Shown one piece after another: positions 1-10,136 of a stretch of DNA of 64,000 bases. The DNA lies in assembly GCA_963804995.1 (NCBI GenBank), contig CAWDSK010000003.1:672001-736000 (forward strand), given 5' to 3'. Both the position numbers and the translations under genes were made by a program. Source of the stretch: an uncultured Acidobacteriota bacterium (lineage in GTDB: Bacteria; Acidobacteriota; Terriglobia; UBA7540). The first letter of the stretch is position 1. Each line of letters starts with the position of its first letter. The notes under the pieces were generated by a model. The model worked only from the letters and a program-made list of their open reading frames with translations. It was not told the origin of the DNA and did no database searches.

Positions 1-192
1 GACGCGAACTACGGCTACGATGGATATTATGTGGAGCAGGCAGACTACAACTACTACTTCCGTGAGGGTTTCCGTCGCGGTTATGAGGATGGTTACTACG
101 GCCGGCATCAATTCGGCAGCTATTCCAGCGGCAATTACACAATCCTTGGTGGCATTTTGGGGTCAATCCTCGACTTGCAGTCGCTTCGCTAA
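1..192 (+). CDS. 3' end of Tyr/Gly-rich hypothetical protein (5'-truncated by window)
   Basis: Frame 1 is open from base 1: DANYGYDGYYVEQADYNYYFREGFRRGYEDGYYG...LDLQSLR*, followed by a GC hairpin at ~205-225. Confidence 0.7.
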   Translation, partial: DANYGYDGYYVEQADYNYYFREGFRRGYEDGYYGRHQFGSYSSGNYTILGGILGSILDLQSLR

Positions 193-310
193 TGGCTAAG
201 AGGGGGGCGCCCTAAACAGGCGCCCATACCCCCGTACTCCCAGGTAATCGCAATTGCAAATCATTCCGATTCCTTCAGTCCCAGCCTGTCTGTCCCCCCG
301 ATATCCTGGA

Positions 311-375
311 TGAGCAATTTTGACCAAACGGGTGAGCAGTTCGGGACTGAAAGATGCTTCACCTCAGGATATAAG
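311..375 (+). promoter_or_regulatory. Tandem Crp/Fnr-like boxes plus -10 (promoter A)
   Basis: TGAGCAATTTTGACCA (311-326), TGAGCAGTTCGGGACT (333-348), 21 bp, TATAAG (370-375). Confidence 0.7.
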
Positions 376-539
376 GAGTGTGCTGCGAGGGCTCCGGCTG
401 CCTGACATCGCCGCCTGAAAGGTAGCAAGGAAAAAGAAGATGGGTGCTGAGAGCTCAAGGGATTTCCGGGCGGCGGGTGGCGCCCTTCTCTTAGAAGCCT
501 CCGCTAATGCTTGACCGCGAGGGGATAAGGAGGATACCG

Positions 540-764
540 ATGAGTAAATTCAGCTTAGGGCTTGTCCTGTTGATTATCGGTGCGGGTCTGCTTCTGGTGG
601 GTGGAGTTTCCTATACGACTCAAGACCGAACGAAGATTGGGCCCATCGCCATCGAGTATCCCGAGCAGCATCGCATTCCCTATTCGCCGCTCGCGGGAGC
701 GCTTCTGGCGGTGACGGGTGGTGCTCTGATGGTTACCGGGCGCGGCAAGAGCCATCAGTCGTAA
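540..764 (+). CDS. Small two-TM membrane protein, DUF3185-like
   Basis: AGGAGG RBS before ATG 540; two hydrophobic segments flanking YTTQDRTKIGPIAI...RIPYSPLAG. Confidence 0.7.
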   Translation: MSKFSLGLVLLIIGAGLLLVGGVSYTTQDRTKIGPIAIEYPEQHRIPYSPLAGALLAVTGGALMVTGRGKSHQS

Positions 765-855
765 TGCTGCGCGGATCGCGCACCTGGCAAGGCGCCCCCA
801 ACCGGCAGGCTTAGGATAGCCCGCCAGCAAGCATCCTTAAGAAATGGAGAAACAT

Positions 856-1374
856 ATGAAACCAAACAGCAAAACAGTATGGGCCAGAGTTATCTTCACC
901 TTTCTGATCACTGTGACGTTAGGACTAACCCTGATGCCGCTCGCTTCCGCAGGCGATCGTGGCGATGTTAAGAAGGTGCAGGAGACTCTGCGCGACAAAG
1001 GCTACTACACGGGGCCGGTCGATGGCATCATGGGCGACCAAACTCGGGCAGCTATTCGCCAGTATCAGCAATCTGAGAATCTGCCTGTTACAGGACATCT
1101 GGATTCCGGGACGGCGGGCAAACTTGGCGTGGGGCCGGAGTCGGTAGGCGGCGATTTTAAGGCCTCCGGCGAAGCGGTTGGAACGGGGGGCAAGGGAGTC
1201 GGCCATGAGATGAAGGAAGGCAAGCCCATCGCGGCAGGCAAGGAAATGGGCAAGGGTCTAGGCCGAGGAGGCAAGGACATCGGTAAGGGCGTCAAAGCAG
1301 CGGTCAGCCCCAAAAGCGACAGCGGTGACCGTGAAAAGAAGGCGAAAGCTGATTCCGAAAAGCAGCCGCAGTAG
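856..1374 (+). CDS. Secreted peptidoglycan-binding domain protein (PG_binding_1) with Gly/Lys-rich tail
   Basis: Signal peptide; VKKVQETL..KGYYTGPVDGIMGDQTRAAIRQYQQSENLPVTGHLD motif; start 844 or 856. Confidence 0.85.
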   Translation: MKPNSKTVWARVIFTFLITVTLGLTLMPLASAGDRGDVKKVQETLRDKGYYTGPVDGIMGDQTRAAIRQYQQSENLPVTGHLDSGTAGKLGVGPESVGGDFKASGEAVGTGGKGVGHEMKEGKPIAAGKEMGKGLGRGGKDIGKGVKAAVSPKSDSGDREKKAKADSEKQPQ

Positions 1375-1480
1375 GTAAGTTCTCAGCAATCGCTAGCGTC
1401 TCCCCCAGCAGTCTAGGGACGCAAGGGGCCCATGAAAGGAACTGGCGTCGACCAGGGCCGATGTGTGTCACAACCTGGAG

Positions 1481-1579
1481 AACGATGTGCTGGTGAGTCA
1501 GGTGATTCGGACCAACGAATTTCAAGTCTGGTTCCTTGCCGAGCATCTCGTGGATGTCCCGTTGACCGAGGCGAAGTGA
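1481..1579 (+). pseudogene. C-terminal remnant of a Dps-family protein
   Basis: Translates NDVLVSQVIRTNEFQVWFLAEHLVDVPLTEAK*, matching the Dps C-terminal helix as I recall it; rest of gene absent; not in ORF track. Confidence 0.65.
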
Positions 1580-1825
1580 AATGATTCCCGACTATGACTT
1601 GTCGAACCTGCCGGCTTCTCATATCGACCTGTGGATTTACCTCCGGGTCGATGCCATCTTCGACCAGATCATGGCTGATCAGGCCAAGCGCCTGGGATTC
1701 CCTCTCGATCCAGGGGACGGCACCGTTTCAGTCCTGATGGAGAATCCGCTGGCGAGACCGAACCGCGTATCACCGGGAGCGGACGCATAAGCGCCTGCCT
1801 CCGAAAACAAGGAGGTTCTAAATTT

Positions 1826-2038
1826 ATGTCCATAGTGCAAACACCTTTGGTACAAATCTTAATTGCTCTGGTCGTAGTGGGGGTTCTTCTCTGGCTTGTC
1901 AATACCTTCATTCCGATGGCGGGTTCCATCAAATCAATCCTGAATGCGGTCGTCATCATTCTGGTGGTTGTGTGGCTCCTGAATGTCTTTGGACTCATGC
2001 ATTACGTCACCCAGTTTCAAGTCGGCCACCGAGTGTGA
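1826..2038 (+). CDS. Thivi_2564-family small membrane protein
   Basis: AGGAGG RBS; LIVVGVLLWLVNTFIPMAGSIKSILNAVV-type signature. Confidence 0.8.
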   Translation: MSIVQTPLVQILIALVVVGVLLWLVNTFIPMAGSIKSILNAVVIILVVVWLLNVFGLMHYVTQFQVGHRV

Positions 2039-2067
2039 GGGTGCTCTTTAAAGGTCAGTTTTGAGCT

Positions 2068-3577
2068 TTATGGTACTTTGCTGATCAGTTGCGCAGGCGA
2101 TGGGAGCTGCGAGGCGTTCCAACCTCCACCGAGCGCCTCGATCAACCCTCCGCTGGCCGTCATCTGCTGAATTCGAAGATTGACCGCAGTTTCCTGATTG
2201 GATAGCAATGCGGTTTGCGCGGTAAGCACATTCAGGTAAGGATCGATTCCCAAGCTGTAGCGATCCTTGGCGATCGCGAGGCTTCTTTCCGCCGATTTGA
2301 CCGCCGTGTCCTGATATTGAATCTCCACCGACAGGATCCGCAGCGACGCGAGGTTGTCTTCAACTTGTTGAAAAGCCGTTAGCACCGTCTGCCGATAGTT
2401 GGCCACGGTCTCGTCGTACTGGGCTCTGAATTGCTCCACCGTGGCCCGGCGCAACCCCGCGTCAAAAAGGGTTTCCGCGGCTGCCGGGCCAACCGAGAAA
2501 AAGCGGCTCGGCCATGTGAACCAACTCGCGATCGAAGTGCTTTCGAGTCCTGCCGCGGCGCTTAACGTTACCGTCGGAAAGTATGCTGCCCTCGCAATGC
2601 CAATCTGGGCGTTGGCCTGAGCAACCTGGCGCTCTGCTGCGGCGATGTCGGGACGCCGCTCAAGAAGCTGGGACGGAACGCCGAGAGGGAATCGCCGGAG
2701 GGCTTGAGTTGAGCGGTTCGATGGGAATTGAAAACGTCGATGCCGGTTGGCCGGTCAGCATGGCGATGGCATGTTCAAACTGCGCCCGTTGGACGCCCAG
2801 AGCGGCATCCTGTGCTTGCGTGGCTTCGAGTTGAGTCTCGGCTTGCGCCACGGCTTCGTCCGAGTCGATGCCTGTCTCGTACAGAGCCCTGGTCAGATCG
2901 AGAGACTGTTGAAAAGCGACCACAGTAGAATCCAACAACTGCTTTAAAGCATCCTGTCCGCGAAGTTGAAAGTAATCCACAGCAACATCGGCCTGGACAG
3001 TGAGGCGGGTATTCTCCAGATCCGCCGCGCTGGCCTGCGCTCCGTAGGCAGCCGATTTGATCGTGTTCCGGATACGGCCGAACAAGTCCGGCTGCCATGT
3101 CGCATCAAACGGGAGGGTATAATCAGTAAATGTACTCGTCGAGGAAGATGTGGAACCTCCCGCTTTGCCACTGGATAATGTGGCCGACGGCCGTTGCACG
3201 GTAATGGCTGGGTTGGTCGTCACTCGAGGGAAAAGCTGGGATCGAGCTTCCTTGACCAGGGCGCGCGCGGCAAAAAAGCTTGCCGCAGCAGCGGCGATGT
3301 TTTGGTTTGAAACATTAACCTTCTCTTCCAGCGCATTCAACTGAGGATCGTTGAAAATCTCCCACCATTTACCGCGAAGCGCATCATCTTTCGGCTGCGC
3401 CACTTTCCAACCTTCCGTATTTTTGTAATCGGCGGGAGTGAGTTCCTTGTATGCCGCAGGAGTTTCCGCGGTCGGTGTGTGGTACTTTGGGCCGACCGTG
3501 CACCCTGCCAGGAGGCAAGATGTCACGGCGAGACACATTCTGGCTCTTAGATGGAAAGAAGTCATAATCTTATGCAC
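2068..3577 (-). CDS. RND efflux outer membrane lipoprotein (NodT/OprM family); +1 frameshift near 2685
   Basis: Lipobox LLAGC, WWEIFNDPQL, then (L)GVPSQLLERRPD in the shifted frame, and C-terminal ALGGGW. Confidence 0.9.
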
Positions 3578-3696
3578 CCCCTAACCCGCCCTTCCAAACC
3601 CGTGGTGAAAAATCCGGGATCGTGACATGCATTCTTTGTGGCGCCGCCGTCCCGGCGGCATTTTCCGCTGCGGCAAGATGCCGGCGCTACTCTCCC

Positions 3697-6600
3697 CTAA
3701 ACCGCAGCGCTGGGGGCTGGTCCGGCCCCACGGTCAAGGATAAGGATGTCGTGTTGCTTTCCGCGCATCCGTAGCCGCAGCCGGTCGAACGCCAAATAGA
3801 CGACCGGCGTTGTATAGAGCGTGAGCAACTGACTCAAGATCAGCCCTCCCACAATCGTGATGCCCAGGGGCCGGCGGAGCTCATACCCCATGCCCGTCCC
3901 CAGCGCCAAGGGCAGAGCGCCCAATAACGCCGCCATCGTGGTCATCAGGATCGGACGGAAGCGCAACATGCACGCTTCAAATATCGCGTCGGCTGGGCTC
4001 TTTCCCTCCTCGCGCTCTGCCTGAAGAGCGAAATCGATCATCATGATGGCGTTCTTTTTTACGATTCCGATCAGCAGCACAATGCCAATGATGGAGACGA
4101 TATTCAGATCCACTTTAAAGAGCAGCAAGGCGAGCATCGCGCCTACGCTCGCCGACGGTAAACTCGAGATGATGGTCAGTGGATGGACCAGGCTTTCATA
4201 CAAAATACCGAGAACGATGTACACCGCCAGCAGCGCCGTCAGAATCAGCACGGGCTCGGTGCCAAGAGATTGCTGGTAGGCCAGCAGCGTGCCGGCAAAA
4301 AAGCCTTGCAGCGTGGAAGGCGCGCCGAGCCGCTTTTGCATCTGGCTGATGCTCGATGTGGCATCGCTCAAAGACACGTTCGGCGCGAGGTTAAAGGACA
4401 CGGTGACCGAGGGGAATAAGCCCGTATGGTTGATGGCCAGTGGTGTTGTGTTGGCTTGGCCCTTGGCCACCGCGAGCAGCGGAATGTTCCTGCCGCTGGA
4501 CGTAAGAAGGTAGATGTCTTTCAATCCTTCCGGGCTTTGCCAATACTGGGGAGCAACTTCCAGCACCACGTAATACTGATTTAACTGCGTGTAGATGATG
4601 GACACTTGCGATTGGCCGAATGCGCCGTATAACGCCGAGTCCAGCGACTTTGCGGTAAGGCCGAGCTTTGCCGCAGTGACGCGATCATAGCTCATCAGCT
4701 CATCCAGACCGCCATTCTGCTGGTCTGAGCTTACGTCCTGCAGACCGGGCAGGCGCTTCATCGCACTCTGTAGGATCGGTCCCCACTTGGAAAGATCCTG
4801 CACAGTGTCGGTTTGGATCGTGTACTGGTACATCGCATTACCGGACCGGCCGCCGATGCGCAGATCCTGCACGGGTTGGAGGAACGCGGAAGCCCCCGGC
4901 AGACGGTTCAATTGGGGGCGCAGGCGATCGATGACCTGAGCGGCACTGACATTGCGTTCCGCCAGCGGCTTGAGCGCAATGTTGATGGAGCCGGTATTGG
5001 TGGCCCCACCGCCGCCACAAAACCCCGTCACATTGGCGACGGCAGGATCATTCTTGATCACGCCGATGATCTGCTGAAGGGCGTTGTTCGTCGCCGGGAA
5101 GGATGAATCCTGCGGCCCTCGCACCCCACCGGAGATCGCTCCCGTGTCCTCCACCGGGAAAAAGCCCTTGGGTATCTTGTAGATCAGCACCACATTGAGG
5201 GCGATGGTAAGGAAGAGTACGCTGAGGGTAAGGGCTGGATGGTCGAGCACCCAATGCAGCGTGCTGCGGTATAACGACAGCACCCACTCAAAGAACTTTT
5301 CGCTGGCCGTGAAGATGCGGCCATGTTTTTCCGCGCGCTCGTTTTTCAACAGGTAGGCGCACATCATGGGCGTGGTGGTCAGTGAGATGATCATGGACAC
5401 GAGAATGGCCGTCGAGAGGGTGACGGCAAACTCGCGGAAGAGACGGCCCACAATTCCGCCCATCAACAGAAGAGGGATAAAGACGGCAATGAGCGAAATG
5501 CTGATGGTGAAGACGGTGAACCCGATTTCTTTCGCGCCCTTCAGCGCCGCGGCAAAGGGCCTTATGCCGTTTTCCAGATGGCGCGTGATATTTTCCATCA
5601 CCACGATGGCATCATCGACCACAAATCCCGTTGAAATGGTCATGGCCATCAGCGAGAGGTTGTCGAGGGTATATCCGAACAGATACATCACTGCGAACGT
5701 ACCAATCAGCGAGACCGGCACAGCGACGGCGGGAATGAGCGTGGCGCGGCCGTTGCGCAGGAAGACAAACACCACGACGATGACGAGGCCGATGGAAATG
5801 AGCAGCGTCCTCTCAACGTCACCGACCGAGGCGCGGATGGTTGTGGTGCGATCAAGAACGATGGTGGTATCGATGCCCAGCGGAATGGATGCCTGGATAA
5901 CCGGAAGTTGCGCGCGTATGCGGTCGACCGTGGCAATGATGTTGGCGCCGGGCTGGCGGAAGATCATCATCGTAATCGCGCGCTTGCCGTTCAAATAGCC
6001 GGCAGCACGGACGTTCTGCACGGAGTCTGTTACCTGAGCGACATCGGACAGGCGGACCGCCGCGCCGTGCTTATAACCGACGACGAGCGGCTTGTAGTCG
6101 TCGGCGTGCGAGATCTGGTCGTTGGCAAGGATGTCTGCGGTCACCATGCCATCAGAGATTTGGCCTTTGGCCAGGTCGGCGTTTTGCAGGCTCAGCACGG
6201 ATTGCAAATTCGCAAGGGTAAGTCCATAGCTGGCCAATTGTGTGGGATTGGCGTCCACACGCACGGACGGCAACGCGCCACCTCCGGTATTGACCTGCCC
6301 TACGCCCTGTATCTGCGACAACTTCTGCGCGATGACCGTGGAGGCTTCGTCATAGAGTTTATCGGGACCGTATTTGTCGGAGGTAAGGCCGAGAATCATG
6401 ATCGGCGCATCGGCGGGATTGACCTTGCGAAAGGTCGGATTGCCCGGCAGATTGGCGGGCAGATAGGTTCGCGCCGCATTGATGGCGGCCTGCACATCGC
6501 GCGCCGCGCCATCAATGTCGCGGCTGAGGTCAAACTGAATGGTGACCGATGTGCTGCCGAGCGTGCTCGCGGAGGTCATCTCCGTCACTCCGGCAATATG

Positions 6601-6816
6601 ACCGAACTGCCGCTCCAGGGGAGTGGCGACGGACGACGCCATAATGTCGGCGCTGGCTCCCGGCAAGCCTGCACTGACGGAAATAGTCGGAAAGTCGACC
6701 TCCGGCAGGGGCGCTACCGGCAGCACCTCATACGCAACCGCCCCGGCAAGGGCAATCGCCACCGTGAGCAGCGTCGTAGCCACTGGCCGGCGAATGAAGG
6801 GTTCGGAGATGTTCAT
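3697..6816 (-). CDS. mdtC: RND efflux permease MdtC-like
   Basis: MNISEPFIRRPVAT, GFVVDDAIVV, GIVKKNAIMM, RFRPILMTT motifs; 1039 aa. Confidence 0.9.
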   Translation of the reverse strand: MNISEPFIRRPVATTLLTVAIALAGAVAYEVLPVAPLPEVDFPTISVSAGLPGASADIMASSVATPLERQFGHIAGVTEMTSASTLGSTSVTIQFDLSRDIDGAARDVQAAINAARTYLPANLPGNPTFRKVNPADAPIMILGLTSDKYGPDKLYDEASTVIAQKLSQIQGVGQVNTGGGALPSVRVDANPTQLASYGLTLANLQSVLSLQNADLAKGQISDGMVTADILANDQISHADDYKPLVVGYKHGAAVRLSDVAQVTDSVQNVRAAGYLNGKRAITMMIFRQPGANIIATVDRIRAQLPVIQASIPLGIDTTIVLDRTTTIRASVGDVERTLLISIGLVIVVVFVFLRNGRATLIPAVAVPVSLIGTFAVMYLFGYTLDNLSLMAMTISTGFVVDDAIVVMENITRHLENGIRPFAAALKGAKEIGFTVFTISISLIAVFIPLLLMGGIVGRLFREFAVTLSTAILVSMIISLTTTPMMCAYLLKNERAEKHGRIFTASEKFFEWVLSLYRSTLHWVLDHPALTLSVLFLTIALNVVLIYKIPKGFFPVEDTGAISGGVRGPQDSSFPATNNALQQIIGVIKNDPAVANVTGFCGGGGATNTGSINIALKPLAERNVSAAQVIDRLRPQLNRLPGASAFLQPVQDLRIGGRSGNAMYQYTIQTDTVQDLSKWGPILQSAMKRLPGLQDVSSDQQNGGLDELMSYDRVTAAKLGLTAKSLDSALYGAFGQSQVSIIYTQLNQYYVVLEVAPQYWQSPEGLKDIYLLTSSGRNIPLLAVAKGQANTTPLAINHTGLFPSVTVSFNLAPNVSLSDATSSISQMQKRLGAPSTLQGFFAGTLLAYQQSLGTEPVLILTALLAVYIVLGILYESLVHPLTIISSLPSASVGAMLALLLFKVDLNIVSIIGIVLLIGIVKKNAIMMIDFALQAEREEGKSPADAIFEACMLRFRPILMTTMAALLGALPLALGTGMGYELRRPLGITIVGGLILSQLLTLYTTPVVYLAFDRLRLRMRGKQHDILILDRGAGPAPSAAV

Positions 6817-9800
6817 GCCGGCCCTGCCAGTTCTGCGCCCCCGGTTTCCGGCGGGTTCGATTTGTGCGCAAAGCGCTGCGCCAGATTGTCAAAAAAGATG
6901 TAGATGACGGGCGTGGTGTAAAGCGTGAGCGCCTGGCTCAGCAGCAGTCCGCCCACCATGGCGATGCCCAGCGGCCGGCGCAACTCAGAACCGTAACCCG
7001 TTCCCAGCGCCAGCGGCAGACCCGCCAGCAGCGCGGCCATGGTGGTCATCATAATGGGGCGGAAGCGGAGCAGACACGCATCGTAAATTGCATCCGTCGC
7101 GTTCTTTCCGTGCTTCCGTTCGCCTTCCAGCGCGAAGTCGACCATCATAATGCCGTTCTTTTTCACGATACCGATCAGCAGGACGATGCCGATGATCGCC
7201 ACCACGCTTAAATCCTGGTGAAAAAGAAGCAACGCGAGGAAAGCGCCCACGCCCGCTGAGGGTAGCGTGGACAGAATCGTAATCGGGTGGATAAAGCTCT
7301 CGTACAAAACACCCAGCACGATGTACACCGTGACCAGCGCGGCAAGAATGAGCAACGGCTCATTGGCCAGCGAATTCGTGAAGGATGCCGCGGTGCCTTG
7401 AAAACCTGCCTGCAGGCTGGGAGGCATGTGCATGTCTTTCTGCGCTTTGTCGACCGCCGTAATGGCGTTGCCCAGTGCGGCATTCGGCGCGAGATTGAAC
7501 GACACGGTGATCGCCGGAAATTGACCCTGGTGGGTAATGGCGAGCGGCTCTGTCGTATTCTCAAAGTGCGCGAAGGCGCTCAGCGGCACGGCACTGCTTG
7601 TGGCTGAACTGGTAGTACCCGCAGAGCCGGCTCCCTTGCTGGACGTCGCCGTGGAGGTGCTCGCCGAAAGCGCGTTCAAGGGAGGAGCAAGGGTATTTGC
7701 CGCCGGAGTGTACAGTGCGGAAGTCGTCAGCGCATTGGATCCCGCGGAGGATGATCCGGAAGACGCAAAAGAGGAAGAGGCTCCCGCACCGCTTGCGCCT
7801 GAAGACGCATTGGACTGAATGTAAAGCTGGTTCAGCTTGTTGGGGTTTTTCTGAAACTGCGGCTCACTCTCGAGAACAACATGGTACTGGTTTACTTGGG
7901 TATACATCGTGCTGATCTGCCGCTGACCGAAGGCGTCATACAGGGTGTTATCGATGGTCGAAGGCGCGATGCCCAGTCGCGAAGCGGTGACCCGGTCGAT
8001 CACCAGAGATACGGCCAGCCCTCCCAATTGTTGATCGGTGGCCACATCTTCCAGTTCCGGCAACTGCTTCAGCCGGTCGACGAAACGGTTGGTCCAGTCA
8101 TTCAGTTCATTCGCATCGGGGTCTTCCAGTGCGTACTGGTATTGCGTGCGACTGACCCGGTCATCCACGGTAATGTTCTGCACAGGTTCCATAAACAACT
8201 GGATTCCCTGAACCTGGCTCACTCTGGAGTTGAGCCTGCGGATGAGGTCTGATGCGCTGATATTGCGCTGGTCGAGCGGCTTTAAGTTGATCGACATCCT
8301 ACCGCTGTTCGTCGTTACATTCGTTCCATCGGCGCCGATAAACGACGAGACGCTTTCCACCGCCGGGTCATCCAGAACTGCCTTGGTAATCTCCAACTGC
8401 TTCTTTGCCATGGCCTGCGAACTGATCGCCGGCGGCGCCTGCGTTATGCCCTGGATGACGCCCGTGTCCTGTACCGGGAAAAAACCTTTTGGGATCACGA
8501 TGTAAAGGAAAACCGTAAGCAGCAGTGTAGCCACGGCGACCAACAGCGTAACCGTCTGGAATCGAAGGACAAACTTCAGTGTCCGGCCATAGAACGCGAT
8601 CATCCCCTCGAAAGCACGCTCCGTGGCTCTATAGACGCGCCCCTGCTTCTCTTTTGGCTCGTGCCGCAAGATTCGCGCACTCATCATGGGCGTGAGCGTA
8701 AGGGAGACCACTGCCGAAACGATGATGGTGACGGCCAGTGTCACGGCAAATTCGCGGAACAGGCGCCCCACCACGTCGCCCATGAATAACAGCGGAATCA
8801 GTACGGCGATAAGTGACACGGTCAGCGAGAGAATGGTGAAGCCAATTTGCTCCGCGCCCTTGAGCGCCGCTTCCATGGGTGGATCGCCCGCTTCGATGTA
8901 CCGCGCGATGTTCTCGATCATCACGATGGCATCGTCCACAACGAAACCGGTGGAGATGGTCAGCGCCATCAGCGATAAGTTATCCAGGCTGTAACCAAGG
9001 ACGTACATCGCCGCGAAGGTGCCCACCAGTGACAGCGGCACAGCCACGCTGGGGATGATGGTGGCATAGAGACTCCGCAAGAAGAGGAAGATGACCAGCA
9101 CGACGAGTCCAACCGTCAACAGCAATTCGAACTCCACGTCGGAAACCGATGCTTCGATGGCGGTGGTAAGATCGGTAAGCGTGGTCACCAGAATGCCCGT
9201 GGGCAGGTTGGCCTCAAGCTGCGGCATGAGTCCCTTGATGCTCTTGACCACGCTGATGGTGTTGGCCCCGGGCTGGCGTTGCACATTCAGGATCACCGCA
9301 GGGGTCTGGTTCATCCACGCGGCCTGATTATTGTTCTCTACGCCATTCACGATGCGTGCCACGTCGGTCAGCATCACCGGCGCGCCGTTGCGGTAGGCAA
9401 CGACAACCTTCCCATAGTCGTCGCTGGTGACCAGTTGATCGTTGGCGTCGATCTGGTAATCCTGGCGCGGCCCATCGAAGTTCCCTTTGGCGGCGTTCAC
9501 ACTGGCATTTGTCAGCGCCGTGCGCAGGTCTTCCAGGTTGATGCCGTAGGATGACATCGCCGTAGGGTTGGCTTGAATGCGGACGGCGGGCTTTTGGCCG
9601 CCGCTGATGGTTACAAGACCGACCCCGTTGAGCTGCGAAATCTTAGGCGCAAGGCGCGTGTCCACAAGGTCTTCAACCTGAGAAAGCGGCATGGAATTTG
9701 AGGTGATGGCCAGGGTGAGCACAGGGGCATCGGCTGGATTCGTCTTACTGTAGGTCGGCGGCGCGGGCAGGATGGAGGGCAAAAGACTCTGCGACGCGTT

Positions 9801-10136
9801 TATGGCAGCCTGCACCTCCTGCTCGGCCACATCAATAGCCAGAGAGAGATTAAACTGCAGCACGATGACGGAAGTGCCTCCGGAGCTGGTGGAGGTCATC
9901 TGGCTCAAGCCCTGCAGTTGGCCGAATTGACGCTCCAGGGGCGCCGTCACCGTCGTCGCCATCACCGTGGGGCTGGCGCCGGGATAAAACGTGAGCACCT
10001 GAATGGTGGGATAATCGACTTCCGGCAATGCGGAAACCGGCAGTTGTGTATAGCCAACCAGACCGACCAAGAGGATGGCAGCCATCAGCAAAGCCGTGGC
10101 TACCGGTCGCAAGATAAACGGACGAGATGGACTCAC
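6813..10136 (-). CDS. mdtB: RND efflux permease MdtB-like with Ser/Ala-rich insertion
   Basis: MSPSRPFILRPVAT start and AcrB-family motifs; 4-nt overlaps with both neighbours. Confidence 0.9.
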   Translation of the reverse strand: MSPSRPFILRPVATALLMAAILLVGLVGYTQLPVSALPEVDYPTIQVLTFYPGASPTVMATTVTAPLERQFGQLQGLSQMTSTSSGGTSVIVLQFNLSLAIDVAEQEVQAAINASQSLLPSILPAPPTYSKTNPADAPVLTLAITSNSMPLSQVEDLVDTRLAPKISQLNGVGLVTISGGQKPAVRIQANPTAMSSYGINLEDLRTALTNASVNAAKGNFDGPRQDYQIDANDQLVTSDDYGKVVVAYRNGAPVMLTDVARIVNGVENNNQAAWMNQTPAVILNVQRQPGANTISVVKSIKGLMPQLEANLPTGILVTTLTDLTTAIEASVSDVEFELLLTVGLVVLVIFLFLRSLYATIIPSVAVPLSLVGTFAAMYVLGYSLDNLSLMALTISTGFVVDDAIVMIENIARYIEAGDPPMEAALKGAEQIGFTILSLTVSLIAVLIPLLFMGDVVGRLFREFAVTLAVTIIVSAVVSLTLTPMMSARILRHEPKEKQGRVYRATERAFEGMIAFYGRTLKFVLRFQTVTLLVAVATLLLTVFLYIVIPKGFFPVQDTGVIQGITQAPPAISSQAMAKKQLEITKAVLDDPAVESVSSFIGADGTNVTTNSGRMSINLKPLDQRNISASDLIRRLNSRVSQVQGIQLFMEPVQNITVDDRVSRTQYQYALEDPDANELNDWTNRFVDRLKQLPELEDVATDQQLGGLAVSLVIDRVTASRLGIAPSTIDNTLYDAFGQRQISTMYTQVNQYHVVLESEPQFQKNPNKLNQLYIQSNASSGASGAGASSSFASSGSSSAGSNALTTSALYTPAANTLAPPLNALSASTSTATSSKGAGSAGTTSSATSSAVPLSAFAHFENTTEPLAITHQGQFPAITVSFNLAPNAALGNAITAVDKAQKDMHMPPSLQAGFQGTAASFTNSLANEPLLILAALVTVYIVLGVLYESFIHPITILSTLPSAGVGAFLALLLFHQDLSVVAIIGIVLLIGIVKKNGIMMVDFALEGERKHGKNATDAIYDACLLRFRPIMMTTMAALLAGLPLALGTGYGSELRRPLGIAMVGGLLLSQALTLYTTPVIYIFFDNLAQRFAHKSNPPETGGAELAGPA

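Noticed and set aside
1581..1790. 69-aa ORF MIPDYDLSNL
   Set aside because: No recognisable family and weak RBS; possibly another gene remnant, not supportable
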